From assembly GCF_009914755.1 (NCBI RefSeq), contig NC_060939.1: 64,000 bases of DNA; one strand, written 5' to 3'. The translations under genes and the position numbers were made by a program. The DNA comes from the human T2T-CHM13v2.0 reference genome, Homo sapiens. Under the pieces are notes generated by a model. The model did no database searches. It had not been told where the DNA came from and was given only the letters and a program-made list of their open reading frames with translations. This document shows, piece by piece, positions 55,111 through 64,000 of the stretch; the stretch's first letter is position 1; each line of letters starts with the position of its first letter.

Positions 55111-57276
55111 AAGATCTTTTTTCAATGGTGAGATTTGGATCACCTAATGTCACCATGATGATAAGAAGGCAGAAGTGCTAAGATCACCCTCAGGAACGGC
55201 TTAGTGGCCTGATCACTTAGAGATTACCAGCCTGAGCCAAGCATTCTCTCACCCAGGCTCAGTCTAATATCACTCACGGAGCACAATTCTCTCTTCCAGC
55301 ATCAAGATCTTGTGGTTACAAAGCAGCCATTATTTTTAAAAGGCACATTTACCCTTTACCCTTGTGGACTCTTGAATTAAAACTATCACATCAAAGCTAC
55401 ACAAAAAATGTTCCAGATGCAGGTACAATCTCAAGTAATGATCGCATTGATTGGCTTGTCATAAAAGGGGAGCTTTATCTATTGCAGGACCAACTTTTTA
55501 ATTTCAGGCAATGGCCCGAGAAAACCTGCCTCAGAGGAACTTGTTATTTCTCTATTGTTCACTTGGTTATGAAGTCCTCAAAGTTCCAAGATCAAGAAGG
55601 CTCCTGGGTTTGTGAAAAGAACATTCCCTCACCAGGAGACTGTTGATGCAGCCATCCAACATGCTAGGGCAATAGGACAGTGAAACTCATTTCCAAGCCT
55701 GAAGCCAGTTTCCTTACTTTTTACTCACACCTCACATACCCCATTGTGGGTTTAAACAAGGCAATACGGGTCAGTAAGGCAGGCAGACAAGCTCCATGGG
55801 AAGATGCCAACCCTGCTTATATCACCAAAATAAACTTTTGTCCCTGTTCATTTTCTAGAGATTTATCATCATACCCCCAGTTATCCAGGTCCCCTATCCC
55901 AGTATTCAAAGCTTACCACCATTCAAATGCGCTTTGGGTATGAGGGCTTGGCTACTGAATGGTATGTCTGCTTTTTCTGGCTTTAGAGACAGGAATCTGC
56001 CTACCCAAGAGCAGCTGATTCCAGTTGCCTTCAGCCATGGGCAGAAACAAACTTGACTTAATCAATTAAATGTCTCTTTGAGCTCCTTGAAGCTTGGTAC
56101 CCTCAGGCATGGCTGGGAAAACAAGCTTCACTTTGAAACCACACTCCTGTTTGCTGCTAGCTACTAAGGAAAAAAAAAATTTTCCTGAAACCCCAATGTT
56201 GATCTAACTTTTAAAAAATTTCACTGGAGCTCAGTAATTAATTACTGAAATGGCTTGTGCTTAGCTGGAAAAGAGTGGTCCCTGCACAAATTACTTTCTC
56301 CAGTTGAGGCATTCTAGTCTCATTATGCATCACAGTGCTCTCTTAGGACTGGAAATCTTCTAGTCAATACACTGAACTTTTCATTTTGGCAAACGATCTT
56401 AAAAAAATAAAACAAAAATAGTTTTGGTGTCTTTGTTTCCCAATATGCTCATTCTTACTCATGACCAACATGTCTCTACATAGTTGGAATCTTTTGGTAA
56501 ACAACGTATTACCAGTACATATTAAGTAAGAGTGGTGCAACTTAAAGATTTCCATTTACATGTAGGAAAAGGCAAAAGGTGAAGAACATTTTTAAGTGTA
56601 TGCGTGAATTTAAATTGAATTACAATTTCAGGTGCCTTTGCATCAATGTGGATTTGTAACCTTACTAACCTTATAATCCTATTTTAGTCCTTGTGGTCTT
56701 ATTTTGCTTTCTACATAAATTAGTCCAAGAATTTACTTCCTCAATTAGTGGATACAAATCTCACTCTTGCCTGATTAAGTTCAAGAATGTTGGTCACTGC
56801 GCATCTCTCTTTTCCAGTTTGTTTAGATGAACTCGGTTAGCAGCTTATTTCACACACACTAGAGATTTCAAAACCTCTGAGAAAGTATATTAATATCCCT
56901 CTTTTATAAAGCTCAGTGGCCTTTGCTGGGAATCATTTTGAAATGTGGAGTGCAATGATGGTATACCCTATACATAGACCAGAGGTATACTCTTTGTAGA
57001 ATAATAGAATCTTTTTTAAGGGATTTTAGAGGGTCCTTTGCTACTCATCTGATGTTCAAATTCCTCTGCAATCTTCCCACCAGTAATCGAGCCACATTTG
57101 CATGAATAATAATAATCACCATCACCATGGTTAACATTTAAAAAGTACTATGTACCAGGATACATGCTAAGTGCTTTATATGTATTATTTCATTTAATCC
57201 TCATAAATTTTCCATGAAAATAGGCTTATTAATATCCTCAGTTTATAAGTGAAGACATTAATGCATAGTATAATAT

Positions 57277-58115
57277 TGTGAGCTGTATGTTTGGTCTTCT
57301 TCTCTGTTTTCTGGCATAGATTTAAAACTCCTTGAAATCCTCAGTGATATGTGTCTTTTTATTTGTTAATGAGTTGACTGATGGCTGGAAGTCCCTAGGT
57401 AGCTTCAGGATGGGGGCTGGTCATCAGAAAGACTAAGGTAGGATTAGAGGGTTGGGAGTTTCAGCCCCAGCCTCTAATCTCCTGGAAGGGAAGAGGGACT
57501 GAAGGTTAAGTTGATCACCAATGGCCAATGACTTTATCAGTCATGCCTATATAAAAAATGCCTCCATAACAGCCTTAAAGAACAGGGTTCAAAGAGTTCC
57601 TAGATAGCTGAACATGTAGAGGTTCCTGGAGGGCAGCATGCCTGGAAAGGGCATGGAAGTTCCACGCCCCTTCCTCCACACATTGCTCTATGCATCTCTT
57701 TATCTGTATCCTTTGTAATATCCTTTATAGTAAACCAGTAAATGGGTCTCCCTGAGTTCTTTGAGCCACTCTAGAAATTAATCAAACCCAGGGAGGGGGT
57801 TGGGGGGAAACCCCAATTTATAGCCAGCTGGCCAAAAGTAGAGGTAAAACATCCTGTGGCTTGCTACTAGCATTGGAAGTGTGGGGGCAGTCATGCGGAA
57901 CTTAGCCCTCAACTTGTAGGATCTGACACTCCCTCCAAGGAGATATTGCCGGAATTGAATTGGAGAACATCCAGCTGGGGTCCTCTGCAGAAACACCTCA
58001 TTGGTTGTTGGTGGGAAGAAATCCCTACTTCTCGATGACCAGAGGTCACAGAAGTCTTCTGTGTTGCTTGCTGAATGAGAGTATAGGAGAAACTGAGTTT
58101 TGTTTATTCCTATAT
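57277..58115. mobile_element. MER21-like ERV solo LTR inserted into a MIR
   Basis: ggtagcttcaggatgggggctggtcatcagaaagac..ggattagagggttggga motifs; MIR halves at ~57110-57270 and ~58125-58220. Confidence 0.75.
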
Positions 58116-58701
58116 ATTCTCGCATGGAAAGAAGAAACTTGCCCAAAGTCACACAGCTTGTTAAGTGGCACAGCTGGCGCTTGAACCCTGACTGACTAAC
58201 TACAAAGCCTACTCCTCATGCCACTTATGGATTAATGTCCAGGAATTTTTAGAAGGCTCTAAATTATACATTGTTTCATTCTTATCTAAATGCAAATAAG
58301 TTCTATGGGTGAATTTTGGCAGATGTTGGTGATAATGTGGCTTAAAAGGAGAGTCTAGTATTTCTTTTTCTTCTCTCTACCATATATGAGCATTTGACAG
58401 GTCTTCAGGTAGCCCTAATGTATGTGCTATGCCTCTCATTTGCAAAGAGACAGCCTACTACATGTAAGCTGTTGAGAACCTGTAAGCTACTGTGAGTGAT
58501 TCTTCTGCATCCAGTAGAGACAGCAGAAACTGAGCTTTTAGAGCCACTTTTAAACTCGGAAGCCTTCAGATGCCTGGCTCAAACAATTTCTGGACAAAGG
58601 ATCACTAATCATCCCCAGCTCTACCTAACACAAAAAATAAATTATAAGACAAGTAAACAGCAGCAGACACTAGGTTCCACTAGTCAACATGACTCACTTA
58701 C

Positions 58702-58840
58702 CAACAAATGGAAACTGGTTTGGGAAGATGCCAAAGATGCCATTACTGTGCATTGTAAATAAAATGGAGAAATAAATGGCAATGCTCCCCCAGATGAAGA
58801 CGTGATTAATGAAAGTCCAGTAACTGGTATCCAAGGCTAT
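58702..58840 (-). CDS. ATP8B4: ATP8B4 third-from-last coding exon (139 nt; C-terminal transmembrane region)
   Basis: Hand-read on the minus strand; absent from the ORF track. Acceptor tttattttatttacag|ATAGCC, donor TTTGTTG|gtaagt. Translates [46 protein letters not shown](G), typical ATP8B membrane segments. Its phase-1 end matches the next exon. Confidence 0.95.
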
Positions 58841-60099
58841 CTGTAAATAAAATAAAATGCAAACGGGAGGTCTTTGAGGATTAAAACAGCATCATTTTAC
58901 CTCGTGATGTTTCGCGAGAACTGCCCTGTGGCAGGAAGTTTGCACCTGCCTAGTTGCCAAGCCAACCGCGGGCATCCCCACTTTCTGAACACACACAGGG
59001 GACTGATCTGACTTCATATTTCTGGTAGAAAATTGACTTTAGAACTTCTATACGCAAGCCATTATATCTGCCAAGGTCGAGTCAGAATCAGGAGGTAAGA
59101 TGTTAAACATGTTAAACTTCTTTTAAGTGAGAAATATGAAAGCACAAGGGCTTATAATTTTTAAGTTACTTTACAAATGTCTCTCAAAACTTTTCTATTG
59201 GAAAAAAATTCTTTCTGTAATGGGCAAGTGCAACATTTTATACTCTGTAAGTAAATTTTCACAATACCATTTTTACACATGCATGATCTTTTTTACACCA
59301 ATATCCCAACTCATTTTGATGATCCTTTCTCTTCAATTACTCAACTTATAACAAAGAAAATTCTTCAGCCTTATTTTGGCATAAAATTCAGAAACTGGGA
59401 TTCACAATGGCCTGGAAGCATGGTCACGAGCTCTTCTTCCTTCTAGTAACTTGTTGCGGCAGCTCAGCTAGAAGAGTGGTCTGCTACTGGAGAATCAAGG
59501 ACACCACTGGTAAATATGAACACTTGAGTTCTTCAGAGAATAAAAAAGTAGGTTCTGGTATCATTATTTGCATCTCATAGTTCCCAAGTGATCCACGTCC
59601 AAGTGAAGGTTTGTATTTCTAGTAGTTTGTTGCAAGACTAAAGATTTCTCATCTGTCTGAGGGGGCCCTACCTGCTTAGTAAATAGATCCCTCTCAACAT
59701 GCTGAGACATACTTTCTCTTCCCACTTGTAATTTACTGTCCCTTAAAATGTTTCCCCATTAAAATGATGCTGGCAGCCTTTGATGTGAACTACAGGGTTT
59801 ATAAAAGTACAGCCTTTCCTCCCCTCAGGAGGTCTGAAAACAGCCCTGCCATCCATGCCTCAGCAAAGACATGCCCGCTTTCCAGTTCATTTGGCTGCCA
59901 AGACATCTCACCAAAATCTCCAACTTTACCTTCCACCACCTGTTAGTTTAACACTCTCAAGAGTCAACGATAGCCTGATCTGTGTGGGTAAGAGTAGGCA
60001 AAGAAAAATTACAACCCATTTAAAAGGATTCAGCTGAAAAAGCAAGAATAGGTGGCTCCTATTGAAGCAGAACTAATAGAAGAGACAGACAAGCACGAT

Positions 60100-62620
60100 A
60101 ACAACAACAAAATATAATAAGACCCCGTAAGAAGATGCAATTAGGTCACAGAAAAAAATAATCTGAAAGAAAAACACACTATTCCTGAATTTAAAAATTC
60201 AACAGCAAAACCAAAGAATAGTCAATGAATAGAACTAAATTAATATTCTGGACAAAACAATACAAATAATATCTCACAATAGAGAACAAAGACTTGGAGA
60301 CATGGAAACCATTTGCAAAAAGATATGAGACATGAATAGCAAATTCACAGATCTCAGATCTATGACTCCAATATACAAATAATGGCACTTTAGAAAGAGA
60401 AAAAGGAATAAATAGAAAAGTAACAATCAAAGAAATGACAGCAGAAAACTGCTCTGTGATAACAAATAGCATAGATTTTCAGATTGAGAGGGTCCTTTAG
60501 GTCCTATCCAAAGTAATGAAAGAAGATTCTGGTGACATAATCTTTTATACAGAGGAGGAAAAAGAATCAACCTAACATCAAACTGTCACAGTGAAACTGT
60601 GAAACAACACAAAATTGTTGAAACAACAACTATATAGTGAAGCAACAACAAAGTTCCTAAAGAAAAAGACTGACTCAAGGATCTTATGCTCGTCCAATAT
60701 ATCATGTAAATGTAAAGGCAAAGACAGAAAACATTGAGCTAAAAAGTATAACATCTCAATATCCTTTCTGAAGAAATTACTCAAGGATATTTCTGCACTG
60801 AAATAAAAATTAAAACTGTACAAAGACCTCAAAATAACAGAAGACAGGTCATAAAAATAGTGGTGAGCAATGATTCTTGTAAATAGTTAGTTCTAGATGA
60901 GTAATAATGTATGAGGGCAGTATTAATTTGGAAAAAAATGGGAATAGTCAGCAAATATGTTACAGGAGGAGCATTTAATAACATCCTGGAATTAAATTCT
61001 AAATAATTAACATGTAAGAGTTGGGGATGGGAGTAAGGACAAAGAAGGGTAAGTAAGATAAAAACATTGCCAAAACTGTTTAATTGAAGAAGCATAAGGA
61101 AAGGTTTAGAACAAGATAGTGAAACATTTGATGAAGGATAGAATTTCATATTATCTGTGGAGTTCCATTCTGCCAATATGGAAATATATATATTTAAATA
61201 ACTATGAAAATAAAGAGAAATCACTAGTAAAATAAGAATATAATAGTAAAACTTGTAAGTTATTCATTAGAAATGGGATTTTTTTGTTGTTGTTGAGATG
61301 GAGTCTTGCTCTTGTCGCCAATGGTGTGATCTTGGCTCATGGCGACCTCTGCCTCCTGGGTTCAAGCGATTCTCCTGCCTCAGCCTCCTGAGTAGCTGGG
61401 ACTACAGGCAGGCGCCACCATGCCTGGCTAATTTTTTTGTATTTTTAGTAGAGACAGGGTTTCGCCATGTTGGCCAGGCTGGTCTTGAACCTCCTGACCT
61501 CAGGTAATCCGCCTGCCTCGGCCTCACAAAGTGCTAGGATTACAGGCGTGAGCCACTGAGCCTGGCCAGAAATGGGATATTTTAAAACCATAATTAATGC
61601 ATACAAGTATGAAAAAGTTAAAAAAAAATTGAAAAGCAGAATTAAAAGTAATCAGAAAATAATATTAATATAGCATGATAAAATACAAGTTATTATAATA
61701 AAAATGAGTAGCTTAAACATTCTTATCAAGGAAGACTAATAGAATGAGACAAGAAATAAATGGAAATTAAGAAATTGGCCCAGATTATGTATCAGGCAAA
61801 TGTAAACTAAAAAAAAGCAAGAGAAGAAAACTAATATAAAAATACAAAACTTAAGAATCTTTTATTATGAAAAAAGATAAAAACTACAAAGAAAAATTAA
61901 CAATCAGAAACCATTATGTGGCAAAGATATAGCTTAAATTATATGAGGTAAAAATCTCTTTGAAACACACGGAAAACTTAATAGGAATCATAATCACAAT
62001 GGCAAACTTTAATATGCTTTTCTCAGCATTTGACAGACATGATGGCAAAGGTGATGGTTCTTCTGGAAGTCTATGGCGAACCTTTTGGCAACCCGTCCCC
62101 AGGGTGATGACAACCAAGCTGTAAGGTGTAATAACAGCAGTGTTTCCACTGAAGCTACCTAATATGTTTTAATAAAGCTCTTTTTTTAGCTTAAATTTTT
62201 AAAGTGTCTGTCATTTGGAACTACTATCTTTTTGAGAACGTATTATGGCAATATTTATGAAAATTTTAAATGTACATACTCTCTGACCCAGTAATGAAAA
62301 CAGCAAAATACCATTCTTTATCCAGCAGATTGGTAAAAATTAGGAGTTCTAACCCCAGAAGTCTCATTTCTAGGAACTTATCTGACAGTATATAAAATAT
62401 ATGTACTAATATATGCATTATAGCATTGCCTCAATAGCAAAAAACATATAGAAACATCTTGTATGTTTATCAATAGATGATAAATACTTATACATTCATA
62501 TTATGAATTTCTGTGCAGCTATTAAAACAATTAAGATAGATCTGAATGTGTTGATTTGGAAAGCTGACCAGAATATCTAGTTAAGCAAGAAAAGCATATT
62601 ACAGAACAATATACATAATT
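60100..62620 (+). mobile_element. Highly degraded ancient L1M fragments
   Basis: A-rich strand bias; ttttcagattgagaggg (ORF1-like), tttctcagcatttgacaga (EN-like), gacccag..tttctaggaacttatc (3' ORF2-like). Confidence 0.5.
61280..61567 (-). mobile_element. AluS (Sx/Sz-like)
   Basis: Antisense Alu with small deletion; TSD AGAAATGGGAT at 61269-61279 and 61568-61578. Confidence 0.92.
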
Positions 62621-63424
62621 ATTATCCCCTTTTGTTAAATATGTGTGTATGCGTCGTCTCAAAGTACAGAAAATGTATGGGAGGATTTAAGCTATGGTCA
62701 TCATCATAGTAGTTAAAGAAGGGAAGGAAAGGAAGATGGTTCATTTTATTTTAAACACTTTTGTACTCTTTGAAATGTTTAAAAGAGCATTTTATAATTC
62801 AAATAATTGAAAAATACTTTTTTAAAAAAACAATAGAGACTACTTAAATTTGGCCTGTAGCATCAGCAGGACATAAGATTTATAACTGTAATTACAGACC
62901 ATGGAAATTTCATGGGGTTGTTACCACAATGAAAAGTCAAGCTTAAACAGTGAGGAAAGGATATTAATGCTGCTGTCAAAGTGAGCTTATTCACAGAATT
63001 CCTTAAAGTTATTATTCTATATATTAAAGACCACAGTTTTTGATTGATTGAAGCCAAAATTGCCTAGCATCTATGGTTACAAACATTTACATACTTGGGT
63101 CTAAGAACTCTGGTATGGTAAAACAGACATTTTCAGGGCTTCCTAGAAATAAAAACAAGTGGTAATATTTGCCAAAGAATTAGACTGAAATGACAGAAGC
63201 TGGGAGTCTATATATTCCTCAAGTTGAAACTCTGCCATTGAAAGAAACACCTATGTGCTTGTCATCTATTAACCGTTTGTCTCCCATGTTAGCCAAGGGT
63301 GATACTGGTATCCTAGGTATTCCCACATGAGTGAGAGAAGTGGGGACCACGAATTCCCTGTACTTACTATGTGACTGGGGAGGCCCACAGCTTCTACTTA
63401 TCTTTACAAAGAAGGGAGGTTCAC

Positions 63425-63880
63425 GTAGCTTTGGAGCTGGGCATCTGGAGTTAGAAGACCTCTGTTCAAATCCTGGCCTACCACTTTTTGTATGACTTGG
63501 AATATAACTTAATCTTCTTGTTAAGTCTGTTTTCTCAATGGTGGTAATAGTACTTACATTTCATAGGACCATAAAGATAATTAAATGAGATAATGGGATT
63601 ATCCCAGTATATGGCACAGTATCCAGTGTTTCCTTTACGCTCAGTATAAGGTTTGTTCTCATATTTCTTGAAAATTTTGTGTTTTAACCAGTCTCACTGT
63701 AGACTTTGTTCCAGATAACACTGGAATTAGACAGAACTGGATTCTCCTGGCTCTGGGACTTACTGTGTGACCTCAGGCAAGTCATTTAACCTCTCTGAAC
63801 TTTATCTATAAAAGCAGCCCATAATATTTACTGCATAATGGCATCATGAGGAGCAAGTATAATGCATGGTATCACTCATG
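63425..63880. mobile_element. Two MIR fragments
   Basis: gttcaaatcctggcc..ttaaatgagataat and tgtgacctcaggcaagtcatttaacctctctg. Confidence 0.65.
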
Positions 63881-64000
63881 GTGGTGATGATGATACAGGT
63901 CTCTTACAGCTGCCATCAAGGACAGGCCTGCTTTGGTCATCTAGGTTAAGACAGACAGAGTTGAAGGATAGGTGGATAACACAACCAAATTATTTTCACT

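Noticed and set aside
57778-58152. 124-aa minus-strand ORF inside the ATP8B4 intron
   Set aside because: Lies within a MER21-like LTR; no ATPase homology.
59000-64000. Further upstream ATP8B4 exons
   Set aside because: No minus-strand segment with ATP8B-like translation and splice sites was found; the region looks intronic (L1M, Alu, MIR).

Overview
Primate, very probably human, genomic DNA: AT-rich, repeat-dense and mostly intergenic. The only cellular gene is on the minus strand in the right third. It is the last three coding exons (58702-58840, 54601-54731, 52600-52881) and ~2 kb 3'UTR of the P4-ATPase phospholipid flippase ATP8B4. The centre holds a HERV-K(HML-5)/HERVK22 provirus (24846-37198) with a 6-bp TSD ATGTTG, LTR22-type LTRs, a tRNA-Met PBS and decayed gag-pro(dUTPase)-pol-env. 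A deletion fuses its env SU directly to the 3' LTR. A full-length ~6.15 kb L1PA4-like element inserted antisense into its gag matrix region (TSD AGAAATCTT). The L1 ORF0 reading frame runs across the L1 5' end in frame into Gag, blocked only by one CpG-type stop. The rest is typical older repeats (L1PB/L1M, Alu, MIR, L2, MaLR, MER21, Tigger1, hAT MITEs). Several small structural oddities occur: serial inverted templated insertions in an L1, a 23-bp perfect inverted repeat, a ~110-bp tandem duplication, a possible L1 3' transduction and a stepwise compound STR. No CRISPR, rRNA or tRNA genes were seen. I found no demonstrably new biological system; the best leads are hypotheses around the L1-in-ERV chimera. 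Repeat subfamily names come from recalled consensus sequences, not a search, and old-repeat boundaries are approximate.
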